Position numbers and translations under genes: made by a program | The notes under the pieces: generated by a model | Database searches by the model: none | Seen by the model: only the letters and a program-made list of their open reading frames with translations | Told to the model about the DNA's origin: nothing | Part shown: positions 14,385-27,424 of the stretch, in pieces | Layout: every line of letters starts with the position of its first letter | How positions within the stretch are numbered: position 1 is the first letter of the stretch | Assembly: GCF_964355755.1 (NCBI RefSeq) | Contig: NC_092672.1 | Span: 21,899,237-21,963,236, forward strand | DNA length: 64,000 bases | Direction: 5' to 3' | Origin: Antedon mediterranea | Taxonomy: Eukaryota; Animalia; Echinodermata

Positions 14385-14934
14385 AGATGTAATTTGTCCC
14401 TTTGTCAAATTCCCAAAAAAATAAAAATAAAAAGATTTCGAAAAAAAGTGGGTCATTTTGAAGTATCATAATAGTTAATAACTTTCACCAAAAATTAGTA
14501 AAAAAAAAATCATTTAACTGAAATACAGACGTTTTTTGGTTCAAAAAATAACTTTGACTTCCAGTCAAAGTTTTCGATCAAAACATATCTTATAATGCAA
14601 TGCGCTTGTTTGGCTACTCTGTATGCATAATCATAAAACTTCCTCGCGATCTGTGTGAAAACACCTTCTCAACCACGACGAGTTGTAAACAATCCTAATT
14701 AGCATCATGCATAATGTATACTTATGGTTTGAAATCTTTGTTTACTTTCGCTCGTGACTATTTTCCAGACAAAATGTAATCAAATTAATTTAGCTGTTAA
14801 TTACATAAAATTGTTGTTTTTGGCTCGAATTTTCGACTTAAAGTGAATAACTTTAAATATTACTTTGATATGGCCAATTAAAATTTAGTATATTTTGACC
14901 TTCATTTTTTTGTGTTTCAAGGGACAATACATCT
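14385..14934. mobile_element. Non-autonomous Kolobok-like DNA transposon
   Basis: TTAA|AGATGTAATTTGTCCC ... GGGACAATACATCT|TTAA: TTAA TSD and AG-starting TIRs. A second copy lies in opposite orientation at 38653-39104. Confidence 0.75.
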
Positions 14935-14999
14935 TTAAGATTATGGTTATGATATTAAATTAAGCTGTTGTATTGTGTATTATTATTTTATCACAACAG

Positions 15000-15169
15000 A
15001 ACCAGTGTCTGAAGAAAAACTTGAGAGACCAGAAATTCCTAAAGGGGTCGTGAACCAAGTTTTAACCAAACTTCGCTCTGCAAGAAAAGGTGTTGACTCA
15101 AAAGTGGATAGAAACAAGTTTGTTATGAATATCTGGGACTTTGGAGGTCAACCAATTTACCATGTGATA
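15000..15169 (+). CDS. Roco gene exon with ROC G3 motif (5' part; last codons CAA CGG lie after the insertion at 18945-18950)
   Basis: ...KFVMNIWDFGGQPIYHVI|insertion|QR|gtacat. The next exon (23140-23229) continues IFMVSYAVVCVVFNL. Confidence 0.85.
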
Positions 15170-18100
15170 CACAGCTGTTCCAGAAATATGAATTAAGTGC
15201 AGCGCCCCCAACGTTTCATAGCGTTTTATGGAGTAGCGATTCCGAAAACATATTGTATACAAACCACATGAGGAACCCGGAAGCAATCAAGCATAAAACG
15301 ACTGTTTTTTAATAGCCAATAAAAACAAATAAAGACCGCGAAAGTCAGAAAAATAATGAATATTCATTAGAACAACCCTGGATGAAGGTGAAAAACATGT
15401 TGTCGTCGTTTTATCACGTGGATTTTAAGAGGTAATGTAATTGAAAATTGTACACCCAACGCCAGTTTTTTTCTCAAGCGATACATTTAAAAAGTAGGTA
15501 TAAATGTTGTTTTCCATATCAGTTTAAAAATAATTTTTTCTGTTGAATTCTTTGATTTAGTTGGATACTTTAGTTACCCTTGAATGTTTTAACAAGGATC
15601 GTATTCATATTGCCTGGCTGGATTTTTTCCTACGCTAGCTTATAATAGGCTATGCCCAGGCCCCATTGCGTGGTTAAAACCAGCTGTGTAAGACTAATGG
15701 CTGTTTATTTTTAACACGTAAACATGTATATTCGGAGGGCCTGAGTGACAGTTGACCTGTTATAAAGCTGATTAATTACTTGTTCCTGGTCCTAATTAAA
15801 AATTAGGCCTAGTCTAGGCCTAAGCTTTTTTAATAATCATTCATATTGGGAGAGGAGTACAGAGTAGGCCAGGCTACAGGCCTAGCCTAGTAGCCTAGCT
15901 AGGCCTATATAATAGGCTAGGCTACATCATCAGCAGGTTAAAGGCTAGCAGCCTACCTAGCATGTCTTAGTCAAAGATCTGTAATATATTAATAGAAAGA
16001 AGATATAGAGTACTGTGACATTAGATATTTAATCATAAATGCAAATTTCTTTCATATTTGTATTGTATATTTATTATTTTGATATGCAATCACAATCTAA
16101 ATCAGTAAATAACATCAATTTCCGTTATCAATCAATAATTATTAATATATAAACCAAATTAAAATAAAATAACTGTTTATTTTTAACACGTAAACATGTC
16201 TATTCGGGGGCCTGAGTGACAGTTGACCTGTTATAAAGCTGATTAATTACTTGTTCCTGATCCTAATTAAAAATTAGGCCTAGCCTAGGCCTAAGCTTTT
16301 TTAATAATCATTCATATTGGGAGAGAGGAGTACAGAGTAGGCCAGGTTACAGGCCTAGCCTAGCTAGGCCTATACTATATATATGCTAGGCTACATCATC
16401 AGCAGGTTAAAGACTAGCAGCCTACCTAGCATGTCTTAGTCAAAGATCTGTAATATATTAATAGAAAGAAGCTATAGAGTACTGTGACATTAGATATTTA
16501 ATTATAAATGCATATTTCTTTCATATTTGTATTGTATTATATATGCAATCACAATCTAAATCACTAAATAACATCAATTTCCGTTATCAATCAATAATAT
16601 ATATAAACCAAATTAAAATAAAATAGCTTCCAAAAAATTAAATTCATTTACAATTCATATACCATTTGTTAAATATTTACAAAATCATTGTTCTAGCAAT
16701 AACACAAAAAAATACTACCATTCATACAGTATACTGTACATAATAATATGCAATACTGTAACAATTAACTGAGAAATAGCAAACTATTCCTCAACTTTTC
16801 TCCACTTAGTTACCGGCCTATTTACTTCATGCTGGATCTCAGGTGAAATAAACGTCAGATGTTACTTCATGATTTCCCACAAAACTTTTTCCATGGTACT
16901 GCTGTCGAGGAATTAATTTTTTCTAAATACCTCGTCCATTTTTGTACATAGAGGTCCAGTTTCAAATCTCTTGGTTCATAGTAGTTCACTATATAAAATA
17001 TATAAAAGAAATATGGCATTAATTTTTATAGTATTTGCATGTTTTAGACATAATTTGAAAGGTGTATAATGTAGGACTGACCAAGTCTTTGACCTCTTGT
17101 TCTTTTAGATTTAGTCTGTGGCCAGTCTCTGCAATCTTACTATGCTGTTTTGTCACAAGTGACACTGAGAGTTCATTTCTTAAATGCTCAAGATTCTCTT
17201 CTAAAGACTGGATTTTAATCATTGTACTTTGTAGCATGTCGATGTGCTGCAGCTTCTGATTTTCTCTTTCTGCTAGATGATCACCTGAGATTAAACAATA
17301 TTGGTCAACCAAATAAACGTCAATCTGCATAAAAAATGAGCATCAAAATTATTATATTTAAAAAATGTTAACAACTATTTCTTGTAGCAGATAATGATAA
17401 TATATGGATAATTCATAGGAAAATATGTTCCAGCCAAAGGTTTGCTTTATTATGCATAAAAACAGGATAAACAATTTTGAAATTCTATGCTCAAAGGGAC
17501 AATGTATATTTAAAGAGCAACTTGACCAATTGAGTTATTATGTAATGTCAATGTAAAGTTGAAACAACATTTGAATTTACCAGTCAAGATGTCAGCATCC
17601 TGTCGCATGTTGAATATTATAACATATTGACACCTGGAAAAATAGTTGATTGAGGAAATATTTAATAAAGAAAAGAGGTATATTTATAAATTACTGTAAC
17701 AATTGTTTGTTTCGACAGTTATTTTATACTAACATTGTTCTTTAATATGAAGTACAAACACACATTTCATTGTTTGGAGTGTGTATTAAACTTTCTAAGA
17801 GGTGGTTATGATTATTTACCTATCCTGTTTAATTCAATGTATACCAGGTATGGCCTAAAAACGCTGTGCGATATTGTTTTGCTTCTTTTTTTCACTTCCA
17901 TGGTCTACAAAAGACTTGTAGGCCTTGAGATATCTACAGGCTTGAGGAACATTGTTGGTTCTGATGTCATCTTGATTACAAAAACAATAGATGCAACTGT
18001 ACTTTCCTTTAAAAATAAATCAATTTTTAAATCTACAGTACTTCAAATTTTGTGTCCAAACAAATCCAAACAAGAGAGCTAATAGCCAAAATATTAAACC

Positions 18101-18940
18101 ATTATTATGCTGTAAAAATGTATTAATATTATTAAGGCCTAGCCTAGGCTGTGACTGTCACTCAGTCACACCAGCTAGCCTAAAAATGCACCAGGAAAGC
18201 AATAATTATTATTATAAACACATGCCATTAATTATTTGGTAACAGTTATAATGATTACATTTAGGATTAGGGTAATTAAAGGTTTAACTATTACGAATTT
18301 TCTATGTTTCGGCCTAGCTTCATTCTAGGCCCACATTACTGTCACGGTCATCGCGGGCGTCAACGCACTTTCTAAGCCTATCGCCAAACCGTTTTCTCGC
18401 CGATAACAATAACAATGTATAAAAGAGTTGCAAAATATGCGAGTTTTACTAAAAACTGAACCAGGCTATATTAACAAAACTAGTATTATTTTGTTTATAT
18501 AATAATGATGGACTATATTCTAGTTCGTTCTTTTTCTAAAAAAATGAATTATATCCAAAAATAAAGTAAAGAATACAATGATATTTTCTACTTACGATTG
18601 TTTACTATTTCATTACACAGTTTATCTCAACTTCCTGGTTTATGTGCGGGAGAGTATTTCAGTGAAATGGACAATATCCTCGTTTATTTATTAATTTATA
18701 GTAAAGAAACAATAAAATATTTATTTTTTAATTGAACATACACTTTTTTTAATCGTTTAGTTTTGTATAAAATGTTTTTACTACATAAAAACTGACGATA
18801 GCGAAATTTAATTTGGCGTTCGCGAAATAATGGTTTGTAAACAAAAATTATATGTCCGCGCGACTCGGGGGAGCCTCGTCTGCTAACACTGAGGGCGCTT
18901 GACTTTTTCTGATACCTTAACACTAGTTAAAACAGCTGTG
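15170..18940 (-). mobile_element. Chapaev-type (CMC) DNA transposon, non-autonomous/degenerate, with intron-containing transposase remnants
   Basis: Termini CACAGCTGTT...AACAGCTGTG flanked by GATA (15166-15169, 18941-18944). Minus-strand remnants GKYSCIYCFC (~17975-18005), a coiled-coil exon (17080-17285) and GPLCTKMDEVFRK/IPRQQYHGKSFVGNH (16870-16960, frameshifted). CAC termini plus a 4-bp TSD are Chapaev hallmarks. Confidence 0.8.
15701..16625. repeat. ~470-bp tandem duplication inside the Chapaev-like element
   Basis: CTGTTTATTTTTAACACGTAAACATG starts at 15701 and again at 16173, and the two units are colinear. Confidence 0.85.
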
Positions 18941-19169
18941 GATACAACGGGTACATTTTATTGGTGTATTTAATTTGTATTACCGTAGTTCCTCGAGTAT
19001 AATCCCACCCCCGACTTTACGATTACCTTCGCACGCAAGCATATCCCCGGGCAAAGTCCCAGTGTATAATTTATTTACTATTAGGCCAGAGGTGGGCCTA
19101 GGCCTACTGTAGCTAGCTAGGCCGACGTCAATTTCTCACCAAAAAATTAGAGTAATTTTTCTGAATTTG

Positions 19170-20890
19170 GCTATTAAGAAACTTAAATTTAGTATCAAAT
19201 TGTTAGAAATACACATATTTACATTTATTCTAACAGAAAATTTCGATAAAAGATGATCAGAAATACTATTAATTACTAATGTTTTAAATGAAAAACATAT
19301 CTGTACCCAACTTATCATTAGACAGTAAAGTTATGCAATAATTGATGCTTAATGATTTCATTATAGGAATTAAAACAAATCCTTTACTGTTTGTAATAAT
19401 TGTACTTTTGCTTATAATAATGCTAGAAAGTATTGTTGACCCACGAGAACATTCAAACATTTTGATAGAAACATCGAGCTCAACAATTAAGAATGCTAGA
19501 AGTAACTTACTGTAGTTACCCGAATAAAAGCCCCGGGCATTTATTTATTCAGGAAAGGCGTTTATTTTGTTTGGGTGTAATAATGGTAACATGTATAATC
19601 AAATAAATACACCCCAGATATAAAAAAAAAGAAATTAATATAATAAGAATAATAACTGGATTAAACCTCATTCTATCCTGGTGGAAGTACAATCTTGTAA
19701 TAAAAGGTATCAGAGACAACTATAATAGACCAATTCATTGTCATTATTCCATAACACTGATGCATAATATTTTTGAATGTCACCGACAAAACTTATACAT
19801 ATACACGTCTGTTCCCAGTGTAGATAATAAAACAATATATAATTCTGGAGATTTATTATCAATACCACTAGAAACTTGACATTAGATACTGAATGCATTG
19901 ACAATAAAAGCATCAGAAGTTATCATGATAAAATTATACTACAACACTGTACTACAGTACACAAGGGTGTTTTCAGGAAAGCTGGACATATTGTACAATA
20001 GTAATGAAACTATGTATTGGCATTTAAAAATATGCAAAAGATTGTTGTCAAATTGTAGTTACAAACAAACAGATGATAGAATGAAGATCCATTATGAGTG
20101 CAATCGTGTCAGGATAATGATGTGTTATTCTTTTATATCATTATACTGGCACCTGGAGGAGAAGATCCATTTAATGGAATCTATCACTTTTATTCTAAAA
20201 GACAGAAACATTTCGTTAAAAAGCATAAAGAGGAAAACGAATCATGTAAAGTACCTTTTATCAGTTGAGAAACGAAATATAATTATCAAAATTAGAGTAT
20301 TTATTTGAATAAACACCCGCTTTGAATAAAAGCCTCCCTCAAATAAATGCCACCATTCCCTCCAATAGAACACCATGTGGAACAAACGCTCTGCCACATG
20401 CATTTGCACAATAATTGTATCACGTCAACACAATTCATTAACTACCATAATCTACAATTTACCAAGCATTTGACATAATTTTATCAATTTTTTATATTAA
20501 TTGTGCTGTATTTTTTTACATCTAGGTAGTATTTTTGATTATACATGTTACCATATTATACCCTAAATAAAGATGCCTCCTTTCCCCCTAAAAACCTTTT
20601 TGAACAATAAATGCCTGGGGCATTTAATGGGATACATATGCCAACTTTTAGCATTCTGAAAAGAACTGTTGAGCTTTACGTTTCTATAAAAATGTCCTCG
20701 GGGACAGCAATAACTAGTACTTGAAATTAAAATTTAAAGTATCAGTTATTGCATAACATTACTGTCTAAGGATAAGTTGTGTAAATATGTTTTTTGTTTG
20801 AAACATTCGTAATAGTATTTCTGTTCATCTTTTAACCACATTTTCTTATACAATGAATGTAAATATGTACCAAATTTCAGTTTCTACGAC
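19170..20890. mobile_element. Old fold-back/MITE-like remnant with diverged long inverted repeats
   Basis: ~19170-19630 aligns in reverse complement to ~20510-20890 (e.g. GACAGTAAAGTTATGCAATAA / TTATTGCATAACATTACTGTC). Confidence 0.5.
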
Positions 20891-21279
20891 CAGTACTTAC
20901 AGAGATATGAAGAAGCCCTGGTATGTGGGTCAAAGGTCATAAATGGCATTTCTGATCATTTTTTACTAAAATGCCCCAATAGATGGAATATAAATGTATG
21001 CCTTCTGAACATTTTGAGACCAAAATTGACTTGCTGCGACCACGTGGTTGCCGAGATACAAGTAGCTTTTTTTGTTTGTTCATATAACCATTGACCTTGA
21101 CCCTTTGACCTTTTGTAACATTTTTCTAAATGTGTAACAAATAACAAAATATATATTTCGAACAATTTAAAACCAAATTCAAGTGTCTACGACCAGTAGT
21201 TACGGAGATACACACATGGCCTGGGTTGTGGGTCGAAGGTCAGAAATGGCATTTTCGGTAATTTTTTACTAAAATATTA

Positions 21280-22330
21280 TATATTATATATTCTTCTTTA
21301 TTGTATCAAACAAAAACAATTTCAATACAAAAGGTAGCCAAGATATAGCCGAAGCTAATCAAGCTTGGTACCTTTTATCTTAACTAACTTTAGCTACGAA
21401 ATTAACAAATAAATGACAGAACTTAAAAGAAAATAACAATTTGATAACGTCAAAAACAAACAAAAAATGTTGAATGATAAATAAATAACATAACATAACA
21501 TAAAGTGCTGTATGTACTATACTGTAATAAACAAAACCATATCAGTTCAATAGATAATATCTGATGAATTAACAATATATAAAACATTGTAAATTATTGA
21601 TTATTCTTTTATATACTTAAATAAAAGTAATACTTTAAGTTGTTTAGAGAAAGCAAATCTAGATGTAATTGTTTGTAATTCTAAAGGTAAATCATTCCAA
21701 ATAACAGCACCAGAAAAATAAATTCTAAATTGTCCACAATTAATACGACAAGGGGGAATGGCTAAATTAAAATAATGATTAATTCTTGTATTATATGCAT
21801 GATCAGTAGTTTCAAAATAATCAGATAAACTATGAGGTAATCTATTATTAAAAAGATCAGAAACAAATTTAGAAACACATAAGGTATAAAGTTTATTTAT
21901 ATCTAATATTTTAAGTAAATGAAATAAAGGCAATGAATGTGTTCCAAACTTAAAAAAAGTCATACACCTGACACACATTTTTTGTGTAACTAAAAGGGGT
22001 TTTAAATACGAATCATATGTGCTACCCCATATCTCAATACCATACATTAGATGTGGCTGAATAAAAGCATTATAAAGCTAGATTAAAGTGTTCCGAGGGA
22101 TATAGTGCCGTAATTTAAATAAAATACCAACCCGCTTCCTTAATTTATTGTTCAAATCAACAATGTGGTCTTTAAATGAAAGAAATTTATCAAAAATAAT
22201 ACCAACAAAAGAAATCGTATCCATTTCAGAAATCGTATTATTATTTATCTTGATAGAGCCATTGATACTAATGTTTTTATTTCTTGAACGAAAAACAATA
22301 AACTTTGTTTTGTCAGTATTACCAATTAAT
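21280..22330 (-). mobile_element. 5'-truncated CR1/L2-group LINE (post-RT C-terminus and 3' UTR)
   Basis: ORF 21601-22047 YGIEIWGST...QKMCVR...HAYNTR...GAVIWNDLP; upstream remnants FVGIIFD..LSFKDHI. Confidence 0.8.
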
Positions 22331-23139
22331 TACTTTTTGAAATTGTATGTTAAATGTCCCATTAGACTGAATATAAATGTATACCTTTTGGTTAATTTAA
22401 GACATTTTCAAAATGTGTAACCAAGCCAATAATGATTGTTGGACCATCCTAAACCAATTTCTGAAGTCAAATTCTCTCGACCTCAAAGTGCATACGAAAG
22501 TTGATCTAGTAGCTACTAGAGTTAATCTGAGGTTGTGAACATTTACTTTGTCTTTTGGCCTTGTTGCAGTATCAGCACTGAAATCAAAAAGTTTGCTCAC
22601 TTGATTTGAAGTTAAGAATCTATAATCTTCCTCCAAGGTATTAAAAAAATGTTATCATATCTTGATCTATTATGGTAACAGTATGTCAGTATAAAATACA
22701 ATTATTATTATTATTATTACAATATTATAAATTACTTTATTCTTCATTTAATTGAATAAAGTCAACTCGGTCTTTATTAGTCCATAATTACCAGAAACCA
22801 AAACCAGAATTGAGGTCAAAAGTTCCAAATTCTGTTTTACCTTTAAAAATACATTAGGAATATCAGAATTTCTGTAATCCCAGACATATTATGCCAGCTG
22901 AATGGTGTCCAGTTTTGGGAGACTTTAAGTAAAATAGTATTAATTGATGTAATATAATGTATTATTAGCAGAGAGGGATAGCAAAGAAAGAATGTAATAT
23001 TAAACATTCATTATTTATTAAACCAATGATTAAGATTGTAAATGTTTCCAAGGTGAACATGCACTTTGTGAGGAAAACAAAAGTATCAAATAATCAGTTG
23101 TGCCAGTATAATATTGACTATTATCATTATGTTTACTAG

Positions 23140-25244
23140 ATATTCATGGTATCTTATGCAGTTGTGTGTGTGGTATTTAACCTGAATGAAGGTCTTAATG
23201 CCCCAGCTAAAGTTCGTGATCCAACAACTGTAAGTAGATTTTACAAATTTCAAATGTTTATGTAATTGTACATAAATAAGTGTTTCCTTCATGTTATCCT
23301 TTACCTTAACACACACTGTGCAAATAGCAGATGCCTGATATATGATTGTTGTTATTTCCACTTCCATGATAGTGTTGTTAATAGCAGATGCCTGATATTG
23401 TTGTTATTTCCACTTCCATGATATATGATATATAATAGTGTTGTTTTTCTATATAAATTTGTGCTGCTAATAATAATAGATAATTTGCCACAAATTTTCA
23501 AACTAGAACTTTAAGAATTTAAAATGTAAATTTTTTTCATTTTTTTTTATTTAGGGAAAAATGTATGAACATCGAATGACAAATCTTGACTTCATTCTAT
23601 TTTGGATTCGTTCTGTTTTTGTAAACATAAGAAAAGGACAAAATAACAAGATAATTCTGATTGGTACACATTATGAGAGCCTTGGTGAAACTGAACAAGA
23701 AAGACAACAAAGGGTACATATGTCATCACATTTTCTTTTAAACAGTATAAAATTGTATATTGTCATTAATTCATTGGAAACAATATGTAGTTTCATCTCT
23801 AACATCTGGGACTGCTGGCTCTTGTAGTTACAGTAATCGTATTACTTTAGCAGTCCCTGACCAATTCATCTTTGTACATTGTATATTATGTTTTGTTGGT
23901 CAAATAAATTAATTAAATGAAATGAAACATTGGCAATCATGTATGATGACGTCATGTCATGAGCATACTACTGTACTGTGCTGGCTTATGATTAACTAAT
24001 TAACTTAACTTTATTTTATTTTTCATTTGGATATAATAAAACAAATAAAAGGGTATACAAATATCTATGATTTAGCACACATTTTGAATTTGTTTTCTTA
24101 TATTGGTATAATTATACAATGTACACTGGGTAAGTAAATGCGTAACATAACTTAAATGAAACACTTTTTGCACTTTACAAAAGGGGTTGGGGTTGGCTAG
24201 GCACACTCTAAATCTTCCCCTGACATAGGTATAATTGCAATATGATGTTATTTATTTTAGGTAAAGGAAATAGAGAATATACTTTGGGAAGCCCTGGAAG
24301 GAAAACCATTTGAGGACATGGTGTATCAAGGAGAGCTCTTTACCATTGAAAACAGTGTCTCATTTGAAAAGAGTGGTGCTTCTAAAATCATTCTCCAAAT
24401 ACAAAAATTAGTCCAGATGATGATTCTTACTTTTCCAATTAAGTGGCTGCAAGTACTGCTGGAAATACAACAGTTACGAAAAGCCAAACTATATCTACCA
24501 ACTTCTGAGGTTAGAATAAATATCTTTAACAAATCGATTGATGAATGTGTCTTTTAATGTTTAACATCCATTAAATTTGAAGCATTAAACCCTGTTTTTC
24601 TGAGTGTTGCATTGAATAGTGTTAATTAAAGTGAAAAAAAGCAAACTTGTTTCATTACATTTGAAATTGTGTGGGATACAAGTTTGTTATTAATAGTAAT
24701 ATAACAGTAATCCCTGCTTTTCTGTCTGTGTTAATTGACTGTTTATGGTGAATCTTCAACACATGTTTATCAAACAGGACCGGTGCAATTTTAGTAGAGT
24801 ACCAAGTACCAAAACAAAAGGAACATTTTTGTCCTCTAATAATTATTGAAGTAAGTGGTGAACCTTGAGTTTACTGTTGGTTGGGAAAATGTCAGAATTC
24901 AAATCTACCCTTGCATGATAAAGTATTATGTCCTATATAAACAACCTTTCAACAACGAAATAAATGATAACATACATCAACAGAAAAACAGTTTGTAATT
25001 ATTAATCAACATTTTTTTTTCATTACATTTTTCATTATGATATTTATTTACCTTTTAGATTAATGATTTACTTGCTCGTTGTAAGATAACTGACAGAAAA
25101 CGGTTTCTTGAGTACTTACACGACATCGGTGAGATTCTGTTCTACCCAGATGACAAGATCCTCAAAGAAAAAATTGTAATAGATTTGATGGGAGTAGTTG
25201 ACAAGTTTAAAGCAATCATCACAGTTATAGATCCTAAGCTTCAG
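23140..25244 (+). CDS. Roco gene exons: ROC C-terminal half and start of COR (23140-23229, 23555-23713, 24261-24509, 25059-25244)
   Basis: VVFNL, FWIRSV, ILIGTH, FTIENS, FPIKW, FLEYLHDIGEILFY motifs with canonical splice sites. Confidence 0.85.
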
Positions 25245-25481
25245 GTTAGCAATATTCGCTATACTTTTTTTAGTTGTAACAATCATTTGTTAATATTAAT
25301 CTGACATACTGTAAATATTGTGATATTACCTGTAAATATGTAATGTCTACCACAAAGAGAACTTGTATGTCCTGGAGCTTAATATATCCAATGTCACTAT
25401 AATGAAAGTTAAAGGTGGTTATATTGCATTTCAAATATACACCTTGTTTAATTCTACTACTGTATATTCTAATACTTATTA

Positions 25482-25715
25482 CAGTAGAACCCCTATTAAG
25501 TGGACACAACATAACGTGAGAACCCCTATTAAGTGGACACAACATAACGTGAGAACCCCTATTAAGTGGACACAACATAACGTGAGAACCCCTATTAAGT
25601 GGACACCACATAACGTGAGAACCCCTATTAAGTGGACACCACATAACGTGAGAACCCCTATTAAGTGGACACCACATAACGTGAGGCCAACAAATTGTCC
25701 TTTTATTAGGGGTTA
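25482..25715. repeat. Six tandem 33-bp units derived from a pogo/Tigger-like terminal inverted repeat
   Basis: TA|CAGT followed by (AGAACCCCTATTAAGTGGACACMACATAACGTG)x6 at 25486-25683, then an inverted copy of the motif (TGTCCTTTTATTAGGGGTT). Confidence 0.75.
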
Positions 25716-27424
25716 ACCATACTTATTCTTACCCGAAGTACAGTACATAGATATCAATTACAAAAAATAAATGCAGAATGATTTTTTTTTAAATGCACAA
25801 AAATTAATTTAGACAACTTTTCAATATTTCTGGAAGCCATTAAATTAATTATTTTCAGAAGGGAAATTGTAAAAGGAAGCTGGTTAAAATTCCTGACTGA
25901 ATGAACAAATTAACAAAAAGTGATATATATATAATATATATCTTCTATCTCTGACTGATATCTATGACATAATTTACATATTTTGTTTTCTCTTTAGAGG
26001 TTAGCCATGGATACTGTCCCTCGTTTAATTTATTTAACAAAAAAAATATCAATAAGGTTGTCCCAAGGGAGGGGTTATACTGTAGTCTGTGCAGGGAGTT
26101 CAACTCCCTGGTCTGTGAGTGCAAAAAAATGACCAGAAGAATTTAGTAATTATCTATTTTTACATTGACCATGGATAAAATAGCACAGGGATATGCATTA
26201 AGACATCAAATGCTCCATTAGGACGGATTACTTTATACTAATTGATTTACCGATTTTACAAATATAATTTTATAAAAAATTTACATAAGATGCTTGCACC
26301 ACTTGTTAGTTGACCATGTCTAAATACCCTTCTCAGGTCCAAAATCCAAATACCCTTCTCAGGTCCAACTCTGTGAAATGATTTAGATGATTAAGATGTT
26401 GAAGACTCAAGATGTTCAGATTATTAAAAACAATTATACCACGATCAGAAAACACCCTTATTTGGGGCAAATCATTGAACCTAAATTTGTTTTAATTGTC
26501 AATAACTAATTATCTAACTTAACATAATACTGTAAGTGTTATTGTTTTCATTAGGTGTTAAAAATCAGTATCGACAGTATGTACCAATTGATATACCATC
26601 GTTAGGCGCGATTTACCGAATTTTTCTCTTACGTAAATTTATATATAGAAGCAGATAATAAAACAATTACAATGAAATAAAATGAAACAATGATACACTT
26701 ACTAACTACAAAATTTAACAATACACTACAGTGAATATATTTAAATAAAGCTACATAAAATTAGCAGTTATGTAATATTATATATGCACTAGCATATGTA
26801 CCATTACACACATGTTTTTTCTTCTTGGTTGAATAAATATTACAAAACGAAACCCCGACAATTAAAGAGATTCATGAAAAAACCACTGCTTATATTTAAA
26901 ACAAAATTATTACACTTCACACTACCACACAGAGTAAAGACATACATGGTCAAATGTATTATAATATTCTATAGATTAATGTAATTTTTTATTTTTGGAA
27001 TACTATAATTAAAATGTAAAAATTGCATATTTATTATTATTATTATCAACTGCTTCAAACTACATTCTTAAGAATGTGAACTTCTGTAGTCCAAATTTGA
27101 TATAGTTGCTCAGCAGTATCTTCTTGTTGTCAATTAATCCTTGAATGTCAATAAAGCAATCAGACTGCGCATATAATTTCTACATGAGTACGTTTTGTTG
27201 TTGATCCTGATTAAAAATATTACCACTCATGATTTGTAATGTTCTATAGAGGACCGTGGTAAGAGACATGATGTTCAAGGAGCATGTTTTTTTTTATTGG
27301 TAGCAGTGCTTTAGGAGGCTAGCGCGGTGGAAAGTCATTTGATCTCACCTTCGATACATATCTTGTGTTATTTAATCCATTTATTGACAAATTACACTTT
27401 TGTTTTCTTTCTATAATATTATAG

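Noticed and set aside
15170-18940. ProtoRAG/Transib assignment of the CAC-ended element
   Set aside because: The TSD is 4 bp rather than 5 bp, no RAG2-like gene is visible, and RQQYHGKSFVGNH fits Chapaev-type transposases better.
22397-22636. 79-aa minus-strand ORF next to the LINE fragment
   Set aside because: No recognisable motif or splice context; could not be assigned.
25270-25716. Repetitive ORFs or a CRISPR-like array
   Set aside because: Contiguous 33-bp tandem units with no unique spacers, in eukaryotic intron context.
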